From: Octopus vulgaris
Lineage: Eukaryota
Assembly (NCBI GenBank): GCA_951406725.2
Contig: OX597836.1
Location: 1,302,001 to 1,366,000 of the forward strand
Length of the DNA stretch: 64,000 nt
Direction: 5' to 3'
The position numbers and the translations under genes are program-made. Positions 28,517 through 41,787 of this stretch are shown piece after piece. The notes below the pieces were generated by a model that was not told the origin of the DNA, made no database searches, and saw nothing but the letters and a program-made list of their open reading frames with translations. Every line of letters begins with the position of its first letter. The first letter of the stretch is position 1.

Positions 28517-29289
28517 AATAACTAACTTTTCTCCTTTTTTCCAGTCTCTCCTTCTTTGTGAGTGTGTGTGCATGTGTGTATGTGTCTCTCAGTTATATCT
28601 ATGTGTGTGTCTGTGTGTAATTATATATGTATGAGCACGTGTTTTGCAGGTGCAATTCTCTCTCCTTATGTATATTCCTGTGTATGTAGTATATCTACAT
28701 GTATGTGTGAATATGCGTGTTTCTCTCTATATGTATATATGTATAGGTATGTGTATATGCATGTGCATCTATAAATATATATATACATGTGCGTTTGTGC
28801 ACGCACACAACCACACAGACACAAAAACACACAAACACGCATGCGCACACGCACACACCCATATCGTCTCACCTGCCATATTGATCATACGTCTTTACTC
28901 ATATATTGATCAATCGTTTCACCTTACCTATCGATCAAAGACATATGATTTCAGGATTTTCGTGTTATTTCCGCTGGAAGAATTTTTCTGTTTTTTTTTT
29001 TTGTTGTTGTTGTTGCTGACGTATATTTTAAACTTTCCTACATATTTTGTTTTTGTTCCAGTAATATATGACAAATACACATGATGAATGTGTGTGTGTG
29101 TATGTTAGTATGTATGTGTGTGTGTGTGTCAGTGTGTGTGAGTGTGTGAGTGCATATAAACGTGTGTATGTGTATGAATGCAAGGAAGCGTGTGTTACGT
29201 TGCGATTTGGCGTCTTTCTATTTCTAAGAGTGTGTTTATGTGCTTCAAAGTGTGTGTGATCAAATATTCGTTTTTGCTACAGTTCCTCT

Positions 29290-29348
<59 letters not shown>

Positions 29349-29893
29349 AGAGTATATTATGTGCACGAGTGCTTGCACGATTATGTGTATATTTGGGGAA
29401 TCTGTCTCTGTGTGTTCCGTCTCTGCATCGAACACACACCTACACACATGCCGGCATAGAGCTCGTACCACATGCATGCACGTGTGTGTGTGTGTGCATT
29501 TGTAGTGAATCTAGCCTTTATCTTCTGTCTGTGCATCAAACACACACACATACATGGCGGCATAAAGCACATACCATGTGTGCGTCTGTGTATATATAAA
29601 TATGTGTATGCAAGTGTGTGTGGGTGTGTGTGCAGGAATGAGAAAGAAAGTGAAAGGAGGATGCATAGGCAAGGAAAAGTTTGCTCTCTCTCACTCTAAC
29701 ACACACACACACACACATTGTCTCAGACTAATTCATTTTCGAATAGTTTCATTAGAAACGGCCCTGTTTTGACCTTCTAATCTGGTGAAACGAATTAATT
29801 TGCTAAATTTTAACATCGAAACTTTTATGTTTTGTACCGAGACTATTAAAAAAAATCTTTATAATTCATGGCACTTTTAACGATTCGATTCAA

Positions 29894-29930
<37 letters not shown>

Positions 29931-30109
29931 GTGGGTACTTTTCTAAGGACTGTCTGCACCTTTTTCCCTTTCCTCCACTCCGGACTTTTTCCACTTCCGA
30001 CGAAGAACCATTCTCGAAACTTCATTTCTACACTTATTTTTCCATCTAAAATTTTCACATACACACACACACGCGCACACACACACACACACAGACACAC
30101 ATAAACGCA

Positions 30110-30154
<45 letters not shown>

Positions 30155-30317
30155 TCCTTCTTTGGATCTTTCCTTCTCCTATGTTTGCGACAAAGATCTC
30201 CGCTCGAAACGTTAAATCCTCCTTCTTCCCTTCTTTCCTGAGCGTCCAATAATACTATATTAGTTCCACGTCCTCGCGTTGTTGTGTTTTTTTGTACTTT
30301 CTTGTTTGGATTAACTT

Positions 30318-30348
<31 letters not shown>

Positions 30349-30859
30349 AATCTCACAGATAAGATCCAGAGATTCTCCGTGTAGAAAGCACTGAGAAGTG
30401 CTCAAATGATTTAAACTTAGACTCCAATGTTTTTAAAGGGGTCCATTCCACAAGGTAAAGAAAAGTTAAGGGGTCCGGTTGAGTGGGCATGGAAGCAATT
30501 ATGCGGAAACAGAAAATATATTAAATATACTAAATATATTATTTAGGGTGTGAAATATAGAGAATATATATATATGAATACAAGCAAAGAGATCGAGACG
30601 AAGAGGTGGGGACGTTCAGATGACGAATGGTTAGGTAGAAATATGTAAATGATTGTATTAATAGGTCCAACATACAGAGAGAACAAACGAGAAACTTGAA
30701 GAGTTGGAAAAAAGGTGTTAGAAGTAGACTTGCAGTAGACTTACATATTTTGTTATTCATACCGAAACTCATAGATTTAGTATATTTGATGCATCTAATT
30801 TGGTTATCTGCTGATTGCCTCTCTCTCCACACCGACCCGCCCGCTCTCTCTCTGTACTG

Positions 30860-30890
<31 letters not shown>

Positions 30891-31101
30891 TACATAGATG
30901 CATACATACATATATACATAGATGCATACATACATACATACATATATAGATATATGCATATGTGTGTGTGTGTACGTGTGTGTGTGTGTGTGTGTGTATC
31001 AGAAGATTGTAGAAATACTGACATGATAACTTTGTTAACATACCAATGAGAGATACCTAAAAATGATTAATACAACACCCACTTCACGTATATATATAAA
31101 T

Positions 31102-31162
<61 letters not shown>

Positions 31163-31196
31163 TCATGTATGTATGTATGTATGTATGTTAACACAC

Positions 31197-31466
31197 ACAA
31201 AACAACATACCATAACCTTACAATATGGCGTGAAAGGAACATCCGACCATTTGTTGTAAACAAGAGAAGAACGATTACCAAGGTTACCATTCTGCTTGCT
31301 TCCATCTCTTGCTATCGTTTATGGCACCCTTTTCTGAATTCCTCGTATTTCGTAAGTCACTTAAAGAGCTTTCGTTTTTTTCCTTTTGCTTTGCCGTGGT
31401 CTGATATGTAAAGTAGCGATATGATTTATGGCCGTAAGAGGCTGAGCTGTTTTCGAGGTTTCTGTA
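31197..31466 (+). repeat. Unique-sequence duplication, copy 2
   Basis: Direct repeat of 23514-23780. Confidence 0.95.
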
Positions 31467-31869
31467 ACCCCACCCCAATTTTCACACACATGTGCGCCCT
31501 TTATATATATTTATATATACAGGTACAGAAGTATATGCGCCCATGTATATATAAACGCACACATATACATAGATAAGCATATATATATATATATATTCAT
31601 ACATATGTAAACGTAAGCACACACGTACATGCATGTTTATATATGTTATAAACACACATATATATACATATATGTGTGTATATATACATATACGTGTATA
31701 TTTGTATATATATGGTGGTGCTCCAGCGCGACCGCAGTCACTTGACTGAAACGAATAAATAAATAAATATATACACATATATACAAATATAAATAAACAT
31801 ATATACATATATGTATGCATGTATACACGTATATAATATGTATTTTATGTAAATATATATATTTCATCG

Positions 31870-32256
31870 CCCACTGGGGGCTAAACTTTGACGGGGGAAA
31901 CAAGGTCAGACAAAGAGATTAAGTGCATAACTGGTACTTATTTAATCGATCCTGAAAGGATGAAAGGTAAAGTCGACCTCGGGGGAATTAGAACTCAGAA
32001 CGTAACGGCAGACGAAATACCTATTTCTTTACTACCCACAAGAGGCTAAACACAGAGAAGACAATAAAAGGACAGACAAACGGATTAAGTCGATTACATC
32101 GACTCCAGTGCGAAACTGGTACTTATTTAATCGACCCCGAAAAGATGAAAGGCAAAGTCGACCTCGGCGGAATTTGAACTCAGAATGTAACGGCAGAAGA
32201 AGCACGGCTACGCATTTCGCCTGGCGTTCTAAAGTTTCTGCCAGCTCGCCGCCTTC
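31870..32256 (-). mobile_element. SINE family A dimer (full unit plus head-less unit)
   Basis: Reverse-complement junction ...GTGGGTAGTAAAGAAATAGGTATTTCGTCTGCCG... at ~32005-32040. Confidence 0.9.
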
Positions 32257-32301
32257 ATAATTAAATAAATAAATAAATAATATATATATATATATATATA
32301 T

Positions 32302-32362
<61 letters not shown>

Positions 32363-33037
32363 AGCATACGCCCCCACATATATATATATATAAATATGTA
32401 TATTCATACTGAAATACGTATAAACATAAATATATTTATATTTCTGTGTGTGTGTGTATGTGTGTTTTTTTATTTGAAAGCTATATCTGAGCATCTCAAC
32501 TTAGGAACGGTGGTGTTTTTTTCCTCTTTATTTCCTAGAAGTTATTGCAATCTGCTCGAAATGGCGAATGCATGTGATCACCGTAATAGAAATGAAAGAT
32601 TTTTACAATAGTTAAAACGAAAAAACTCGTGTGTGTGATAAAAATAAAATATTGACAGATTTCGAAGCACGATCGCGCAAACATAATACGTGTACACGAG
32701 TATGCGTGGTGCACACATTTAAAAGTGCACATATGCAAATATCTGCATATTTGTGTCAAGATAACAATCTGTTTGGTAAATTATGAGTAAACTACGCAGA
32801 GAATAACGATGATGGAGATCATTAATGTGAAGGTATTATTTAAATGGTTTTTGCACACCGTACTTTTATAACCTTGCAAATCTCGAGCTAGAAGTAGGCG
32901 TGCGCCACACTGACACACGCAAGGACTGCCGCAGATGTAGGCGCTTCGATGTATGTACATATATAGAGGAACAGGTAGAGGCACATGCGATGAATGAACG
33001 TAAAGGAAATGTAAAAAAGCACCAATGCATGCATTTT

Positions 33038-33083
<46 letters not shown>

Positions 33084-33377
33084 CCAGTGCTACATACATG
33101 TTAGTGTGTCTAACATACATGTTGTGTGTGTGGATAGGTGTGTGTGTGTGTGTGTGTGTATTAGTTGGCAGATTGGAAGGTGTATTAATGTTTGAGTAGA
33201 AAATCCTCGTAGCTTGCATTGTTTCCTCTCGACGCTCTGAGTTCAAGTCCCGCCTGTACCAACTTTGTCGCTCTTCATTTTGGGGTGCATTTATTTCTTT
33301 TTGGCTGGCTCATGCAGCCGGTTCTTTTCTCAGATTATTTCGACCGACATATTCGTTCGAAACAAATTTATACACAA

Positions 33378-33763
33378 CTAGCAGTATCGCCCGGCGTTGC
33401 TCAGGTTTGTAAGGGAAATAACTATAAAGCAGTTTTAGAGAGTTATAGCAAAAAAATAGCCAAAAAATGGAAAAAAATGATGGTAAATTTTTTTTTTGAG
33501 AGTTAAAAAAGGTGGAGTTGCGTCCCCTAGACAGTTTGTGGTTTGTGTTTCTGATTCTCGACCCCATGTCGAATTTATCAATTTTTTTCAGAACTGGGGG
33601 AACTTTTCAAAATTTTCGCTGCGTTAGTTTTGAATTATGACATTGGGCTATGTGTGTGTCAAGTTTCATCAGAATCGGTTGAAAGCCGTGGTCAGGGTGA
33701 GGGTACAAGCAAACAGACACACAGAAACACGCACAGACAAACTGCCGTTTATATAGAGAGAGA
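33378..33763 (-). mobile_element. Non-autonomous Helitron
   Basis: On the minus strand: 5' TC start after A, subterminal (CTGT)-like repeat, GC-rich 3' segment GAGCAACGCCGGGCG, and CTAG terminus followed by T (A|T insertion site). Confidence 0.8.
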
Positions 33764-33764
33764 T

Positions 33765-34180
33765 TTAATCCCAGAAAAAAGGAAACCTATAATTTTTTAC
33801 TTTTTTTTTTCTCTTAACGAGGACAACAGTTCAAATCCCACCCCTGCTGGGGGGCGAGACGTTGCAACAAAGCCTACAACGTTCGAAATTTTTTTTTTTT
33901 CACACAATTATAAAATATAGAATCCCCTAAAACGGGAAACCTATAATATTTTTTTCCCTCACAACGAGGACAACAGTTCAAATCTCACCCACGCTAGTGG
34001 CGGATGCCACAATAGAGCCTACAACGGCTAAAATTTAATTTTTATCGCAATAAATAATTTGCTTATCCAAAAAAACGGGAAACCTATATTAATTTTGTTT
34101 TCCTCTTAATGAGGATAACAGTTCAAATGCCACCCCCGCTGGGAGGGGGGCACTACCATAAAGCCTAGAACGACTTAAAT
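33765..34180. repeat. ~145-155-bp tandem repeat, 3 diverged units
   Basis: GGAAACCTATA...AACGAGGACAACAGTTCAAAT..CACCC..GCT...AGCCTACAACG recurs at ~33780, 33935 and 34077. Confidence 0.9.
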
Positions 34181-34852
34181 AAGTTCAATATTAATAATAT
34201 TAATAATTTCAATATTTCAATAATTACTTTCTCCCGTCACCGGGAAAAAGCACAAAAACTTTCAAAGTTCAACAATGTTCAACATTTCGAAAATATTCAA
34301 TAATAAACATTCAACAATAGAAAAATTATCCACGTGCAACAAAACGTTTGACTCACCGCCAAAAAAACACTTCTGTCTACAACAAAGGTAAGCAGACTAC
34401 TTACCACGCAGCCACATTCGTTGATCCGTTACAGAGATTTTAGTTGTAGCATTTTTGCTTATATATATTTACTTTGAATTCTTCAAAATCGTCGGCCAGA
34501 ATTGTCCCAAACCATGTCTTACTTATCAGCGGCACCCGGAAAAGACATTTAACGATGCTTCATATTACAAAGATTCTGTTTTGGTACCGTAGCCTATTCG
34601 ATTAAAGAGTTTATGTCTCCAAAGATACATTATGGTGTAGGTGCTTTATTTGGAATTTGTTGGAGATATTCGTCCAGGAATTCTTTGGATATTGAGATTT
34701 TTTTCTTCTCTTATCTGTCTCGGCATGATGTTAGAGAGGGCAAGGCCAGTTGAGATGAAATAATCCTGTCTTAGTGTTGCGATGTGAAGCGAGCTTCACT
34801 TTCGTACAGGACGTGTATGTATGTGCGTGGGTAATTATGTACATCTGACGTA

Positions 34853-35121
34853 TCCGTCGCTTACGACGACGAGGGTTCCAGTTGAGCCGATCAACGCAAC
34901 ACCCTGCTCGTAAAATGAACGTACAAATGGTTGAGTATGTAGATTCTCAGGATGATTCCTCGTGACACAGAATTTGACAAAACTGACCCTTTGAATTACA
35001 ACCCTGAGCGGACTGAAGCAGCGGGTAATATAGCGTCTCTCTCAAGGATACAACGCGCCGTCAATAATCGAACTTACGACTATACGATCAAGAGCCGAAT
35101 AACCCCAACCACGTGCCTTCA

Positions 35122-35122
<1 letters not shown>
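34853..35122 (-). mobile_element. SINE family C, internally deleted
   Basis: Reverse complement: GTGAAGGCACGTGG...GTTCGATT...CCTTGAG head; tail CCCTCGTCGTCGTAAGCGACGGA. Confidence 0.75.
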
Positions 35123-35164
<42 letters not shown>

Positions 35165-35230
35165 TTGATAAAAACTGTAAGATAACAAAAGGAAGAAAGA
35201 GACCTCAATATTATGTAAATAGAGGAATTT

Positions 35231-35427
35231 ATCTGTAAATGTAATATGTGACAATTATTCGGTAACCAAAATAAAACTCTGAGTTTCGGATGCCGAGGTA
35301 GAAATCCACACCACCATCTCTTCGGTTATCCGGCCATCGGAAAAACGCTTGAATTTCTACCTCGGCATCCGAAACTCAGAGCTTTATCTTGGCTACCGAA
35401 TAATTGTCACATATTATATTTACAGAT
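35231..35427. repeat. Fold-back palindrome (75-bp arms, 47-bp spacer); probable Penelope-like inverted terminal-repeat relic
   Basis: 35231-35305 is the reverse complement of 35353-35427 with 4 mismatches; hammerhead-like motifs on the minus strand. Confidence 0.85.
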
Positions 35428-35739
35428 ATATGTATGTATATATATATATATATATATGTACATATATACAGCTTCAGAGAAGCATTTTGCATCCAGCTGC
35501 ACATCATCCAGTGTTTCTGACAATGTTTGCAGGACAATGTGTTCCCGGGGAAGGGTATCTTTTTTCCTTCACAAATGTAAATAAACCCAATCTTTTTCTT
35601 AAACGAGGGACATATTCATTCGGCACAGAATGTTTTTTTTTACCTCAATGGACGTCAGTGATTGGTTGAAATTGCAGAAATTGAAGAAAAAAAACAACAA
35701 AGATCCTTTAGTCGTTTCTCTTTTAGTCATAAGACATGA

Positions 35740-36000
35740 AACTTGGTGGCAGGAAAGTAGTTGACTAGATCGATCTCAGGCTTTGACTGGTATTAAGGAA
35801 AGCAAACCTGAACACGGCTAAACTTGAACGTAGAACGTAAAGACTGATGAAATACCGTTTCACCAGTTGTTTCAATCATAATTACAAGACCTAAATTTTT
35901 GAGGGGTGGGGTAAACACATTTACATCGACACCAGGAGTTGACTGCTACTTTGTCTAACAACCGTGAAGGGCAAAGTCGATCTCACCAGAATTTGAAACA
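35740..36000 (-). mobile_element. Two degenerate SINE family A fragments
   Basis: TTTGAGGGGTGGGG...ACATCGAC...GGCAAAGTCGATCTC...GAATTTGAA. Confidence 0.6.
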
Positions 36001-37261
36001 GCGCTTTTAATAATGACCCATAAAATTCTAATTCAAATCCTCATTCATTAAATTGATTCTTGCTAATTGACGGAGAATGAGTCTTTGGTATATTTTGTTT
36101 TTAGTTAATAAAATATTTACAGCGATGAGATGGAAATTGCAAGAGAAAATACGAAAAAAATTCTAGAGAATGGGTAAAACGAGGCGAAAACAAGAAATGA
36201 TTCCGCAGAATAAAAACACAAGAAAAACAATGGAGTGGGAAAAGGAAGGGAAATGAAAGAAAATAAAATGTGTTCTTGTAAGAGAGAACTCAAGAAAAAT
36301 GGATAAAAAGGAGAGTAATTATTTGTTCCTAATTGTCAACAAGCGTGGAATTTCCACAGGTTGAGCGAGTTAATAATTATTGTTTTCTAGCTAGTTAGGT
36401 GTGAATTTATGAGGAGAATTTGTGATCCGTGTTTTGAGTCAAAATGCAGAATAAGGGAACGTGGGTGTTGCACGAGGAGAGAGCGTTGTATGAGAGTTGT
36501 TAGGTGGATAAACATACGCTGTAGGTTTGTGTGGGATTTCAAATGATATTAAAATATTAATTGCTGTAAGCTGAAGGGAAATTACTGTGGTATTCGGGGT
36601 GAACTAAGGAAAAATAAATGATGAGGATGAAATATCGCTTTCAAGAATAATATGAATATAAACCATCAGTGAAGCTTTCAAACACTGGATAAATTATCCG
36701 CAAACATTGAAAGGAAGGAATTATTCTCGTTATGTATTTTTATAAAGGAAATTTATTGCTTTTTCCTTAAATGGAAAAAAGTTTACACTAGGAAATCAAT
36801 TATAACGATTATATCTGAGAAGAGGAAATAATTTGCCGAACATAATAACGGGATGGAAGAAAAACCTGGATATAATAACAGATTTGAGATATATCAATTA
36901 ATGTAGAAATTATCATTTAATTTTAGTTAAGTAATAGCATAGAAAAAGAGGGAACGTTTGATATAGCGAAATCCATCAATGCATGATCGGAAATAAGGCT
37001 GTGGATCGTAGAAAGACTCAACTACTGCGTACAGGGAGGCGATAAAGTTATATGCTCGTTTATACATACATAGATACATTCATTCGTACACACACATACA
37101 TATATATATATGCATTATGCAACAAAATGTGTGAATCTTTGGCACACACGCGCATACATACATAGAGACACGCACACATACATACACATAAATACATACA
37201 TACACACATACATACATACACATAAATACATACATACACACATACATGCATGCATACATAT

Positions 37262-37902
37262 GTACCAGTGAAGACGTCAATAAAATGTGAGCACAACAGA
37301 CCTGATATAATGATTCGGGATGGAGAAAGAAAATGTTCACAGTTGTGAAAATCAGCTGCCCAGCAGGTGTCCAGCAGGTGTCCAGCAGGTGTTAATATGA
37401 AGCTGAAGGTCAGGGAAAAAGAGAACACCTTTGCTGAACTATTGAAAAACCTGCAGTTACTCTATCCAGATTACAAGTTCAGGTTTATACCTGTAATTAT
37501 TGGGGCCCTGGGATATGTAACACACTGCCTAAATAGCAATCTTGAGAAATTAGACTTCTCAAAACCAGAAAGTATAAAGCTGATTCGAAGTCTACAGATC
37601 CAATCCATCACTGGAACTGTAAAAATCTGTAAAACCAGAAGTTTATCATTTAAATATATAAATGCATGTCTAGATATGCAACTATATGCATGAAAATACA
37701 TACATAAAACATGCAAATCTGCACATACATACATAAATACATACTTACATACATATATACATACATACATACATATACACATACATTCAAACAAAAATAC
37801 CCTGTTGTTGATGTTTAAATTCCAATGAAGGAACATTGGATCTAGGTTAGAAACTGGTTCTTTCTCTATTTGCAAGAAATCTTGAAATAAACTGAATAAT
37901 GA
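37262..37902 (+). mobile_element. 3' end of an RLE-type non-LTR retrotransposon within (TACA)n
   Basis: PVKTSIKCEHNRPDIMIRD...; KLKVREKENTFAELLKNLQLLYPDYKFRFIPVIIGALG (RPD, K.KY-like and PVIIGALG motifs); (TACA)n 5', 3' and inside the 3' UTR. Confidence 0.85.
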
Positions 37903-38899
37903 CATACATACAGCCATACACACATACATACATACATACATACATACATACATACATACATACATACATACATACATACATACATACATACATACATACA
38001 TACATACATGCATACATACATACATACATACATGTATAGTTACACAGATGTAGTCTGAAATGTACTTTTAATGTAATCTGAAGATAACTTTAACCTAAAC
38101 GGGACAGATCAGTTTTTAGTTATCGAAGTTAATCGATATTTAATTTATTTATCTATATCGATAACGATCAGAGAGGTAGCATATAAGAAATATAATATAA
38201 TTGTCGAAAAATTGCGAATAAATTAATGGCAAATAACTAGATATCATTCAATGTTATAACAGATCTTTTATTCGTTCAAAGATTAAGAATAGGAAAAGAA
38301 TTCTCCAAGACGGAATATAATAAAAGATGCAACATGATTTGGAGAAGAAATATAAATTAATTTCTTTGATTAAGCAAATGTCGTAGACATTCTTCATTGT
38401 TCATTAGAGTTGCGAGAATCTATTCATGAAAGACAGCCATCGATGTAGAAGTTAATTCACTAAAATCAATTAAACAGTTTGAAAGCAACTCATTAGGTGT
38501 GCGCATGTCGAAATATACATCTGGCACAAAAGTCATTTAAGAACTTTAAAACGTTAATGACCATGGTAGACTGGAACTGTTTTTATTGATCTGGTTATAG
38601 AAATTGTGTACAAAGTAATGCGATTTCTTGAAGTTATTTAAGCAATTAACGCTGCCCAAATTCTCTTTCACCAGTCTCTGTTTATTATTTGCCAGAGCTT
38701 TCTAGATTATATTCTATAATAGTTTGAGAAATTTTAGTAGTGAGACTCCCAAGATTCTGCTGGGATGGTTTTCTGAAGTAAAAGTTTGGTTCGGTTTACT
38801 CATTATCAAGATCAGGATCTGAAAGACAGAATTATAATTAAAATTTTCCAGAAATAAAATTTCAAATTCAGAAATCAAGTACAAGACTTTGGTTTTACC

Positions 38900-40260
38900 G
38901 TCAAAAATTATATTAATTTTGCTGTCAATCGCAATAATAATGAAATAGAAAAAGTGAAGAGAATTTTATAAAGAAATATCAAAGAGTTTGGCCTTTGTAC
39001 GATTTAGATTTTTATAACGGCAATAGCTAATAGATTTTACGATATGTTTTATGTATATTGAGACAGAAACGCAATTGGATGGAAAGACACAACGATGATG
39101 TTACAGGATTGGTTGTATCAGTTTGAATGTGGTAGGCTTTGTAAATGAACTTAGATTGTAGATCAATTAGTTGTTGTATGGATTAGGTGTAGAGTAACGA
39201 GAAACCATTATGTGACAACTGGCGAAATCGTATAAGTGAATAGAAATGTTGCATCGAAAGGAAAATTATGTTATTCAGTTAATTTGGTTCTAGAGAATAT
39301 ATTTGCAAGGTACGTATAAGTATTGTTTAGAAGTTATAAACAGTGAGTAGACTTAAAGTTTAAGGGAGTTCAGAAAAGGTGTAGAGTATGGAAAAGGAGC
39401 TTAATAAATAACTAAAAAAAACAATAATAAGTGAAATAGACAACCGGCTTTGAGAAGAATCAAAACTCCGTAATTTTGTAAAAGAACGGCAGGAACTGTA
39501 AAGGAAATTTTATATTGTAAATATGGGAGATTTAAAAGACGTTTTATGCACGCAATTCGGGGTTGAAAAACAAGGAGAATCAAGGGACAAAGACCTATAG
39601 TGGAAACAGTTTAATGGGGACCGGGGATCGATAAGGAGATAGCAAAGAAAAGACAAAGGCAACAAACTCTAAAGAAAATAAAACATTTGACACAGAAGAT
39701 TACAGGTATCTTAGGAAGAGATAAAAGGTAAAACGTGGAAGATTAGATCTCAGCAAATAATAAACTAATATCAACAGATCAGGATCTTCAGAGACAAAGA
39801 AAAAAAATTACAAAAATCTGAACAATAAAACTGAACATCCGGGAATAATGTGCAAATACCGAAGTAAGAGGACAGTTTCGATCTTGGAGCAAAGAGGTTC
39901 AACTTAATTGCGGAGTGGACTGATAATGGAAAGTCTAAAAGTGGAATGGAAAATAGATCAAAACAAGAGAATATATTACAGATGCGAAATTGAAAAAGAT
40001 GCTTATTGTTGTTGTTGCTGTTGTTGTTTTGAAACTAGACATATTTTGACAAATTTGTGTCAGAAGCTCTGAAAGAACTTCTAAAGGTATAGCTGTGCTG
40101 ATTAAATCTTCACTTGAAAGGATTTTCAGTCCATTCAATACAATCATTAAAAAGCGAATCATCTGCTGTAAATACCATAGCACAATAAGAAATCGATTTG
40201 GAAAGTCATAAATTATTTAATGGACATTTTGCAGGGTGAAATCAATTGCACAAACGTGAA
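38900..40260 (+). mobile_element. Highly decayed L1/Tx1-like element: ORF1 end and start of APE endonuclease
   Basis: IKGQRP (compare GQ..C zinc-knuckle lead-in) at ~39580; NGMENRSKQENILQ...ETRH...SERTSKGIAVLIKS at 39943-40110 resembles the APE motifs NG, QETH and GVAIL. Confidence 0.45.
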
Positions 40261-40869
40261 GGACTGGATGCAGATAGTCGTTTATGATTTTTGATATTAC
40301 TATTTGCTGTTTCTGTTGCAAGGTTTTGTGTAGAAGCGAAAGTTAATTTAACATTATTCCGAGTAAACATTTCATAGTATTTATGGTTTTCAGAATATAT
40401 TTATCTAATAAATGAAATAAATATTTGGTGATATTTGTTCGCACATTAAGGCTAAACAGAGCATTTATCAAAATCATTTTACGCTCTCTGTTTTTCTCTG
40501 TCGATAAATATTATTGGTATTATTTATGTAATTAATCTTATCCTGAAAATGACTATTTTACCTATAGTTTGGTCTATGGGACAATCCCTACACCAACTGT
40601 CGACAGGAGGTCACAGAGATTTCGTCATATATTGCTTGTATCGCCCTTGCAATGGGGCTAAACAGCTTTCATATTATCGGTGAAAGCTGGGTCATTTACC
40701 TCACACAGAAGCTCGATTTCCTTGCCTGCTGTCTTTATGTATTTCTGTGTGCGTGTGCGTGCGTGTATGTGTGTGTGTGTGTTTGTGTGTAACTTCATAC
40801 ACAAACCGCAACAAAGCAACACATGAAAAGACAGAGGCTCGCAAGTCAACCAGATTCCCACAACGTGAT

Positions 40870-41045
40870 CATTCTACCGGCTACAAATAACAGCCTCATT
40901 ATCCTCTAGTTATATTCTGCAATCTTTCCGAAAGAAACCAGGACCATTAACATAATCTATTCCTTGCTGGAATATGGCTGAGGGAAAAGACGTCACGGTC
41001 GGAATAACTTTGAAAGAGGGTTAGCTTGACCTGGGCGAACAGAGA
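40870..41045 (+). mobile_element. Old repeat family D, 3' tail
   Basis: GCTACAAATAACAGCC...GTCACGGTCGGAAT...TGACCTGGGC matches 46940-47110. Confidence 0.5.
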
Positions 41046-41740
41046 GCAAATGAGAGACAACAGCTATCGACATACATTAAAAGTAATTATAAAGTGACGC
41101 ATACGTTGTATATACAGCACACAGAGATATACAGGCTTGAGCAAAAACACATAAAAAAAGCCGTAGAAGCACATGATATATATATATATATATATATACA
41201 CACAGGCACACACACACTTTTATGCAAACCAACCGGGTGAATATGCACCTACCACATGCTGGTGTGAAATTGTATAGAAGCATACGAAAAGGCATGTCTA
41301 TCTACTCAGCGCATACACACAGGGACGCCAACATATACGCACACACCTGTAAAAGTCTCTTAATTATAGCGACATATATTAGGAACACACATACCCAGAG
41401 TGATATACCTTTACAGAGAGTTTTATTAAATGACATTTAATGAATCAGACAGGTTCATATTTGCAAATACGCACACTGACGCACGCACATACACACACAC
41501 ATACACATACATAGATACACCTATTACGTTTAGAGACATGGAGGTATAATATCGCATATATATATATATATATATATATATACGCACATCTATGCAAATA
41601 CCATTAACAAACGACTTATGTACAAATTTTATATACCTTTCCTCACATACGTAGCCATAGATGCGCTTACTACACACATTAACACAAAAAATCTATATGC
41701 CTCCCTCTCTTTCTCTCTCTGTCAATACACACACATATAC

Positions 41741-41787
<47 letters not shown>

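Noticed and set aside
30795-30822. miR-9-like TTTGGTTATCT
   Set aside because: Only an 11-nt match, the seed start differs, and no hairpin partner is visible.
23514-31466. LTR pair of a retrotransposon
   Set aside because: No TG...CA termini, PBS, PPT or gag/pol remnants; the interior is ordinary microsatellite, SINE and LINE DNA.
36050-37050. Purine-rich unique stretch, possibly a decayed LINE
   Set aside because: No recognisable motif in any frame by eye.
37820-37860. CAATGA...GAAAC in a LINE 3' UTR resembling a hammerhead
   Set aside because: The core is too divergent and the stems are unconvincing.
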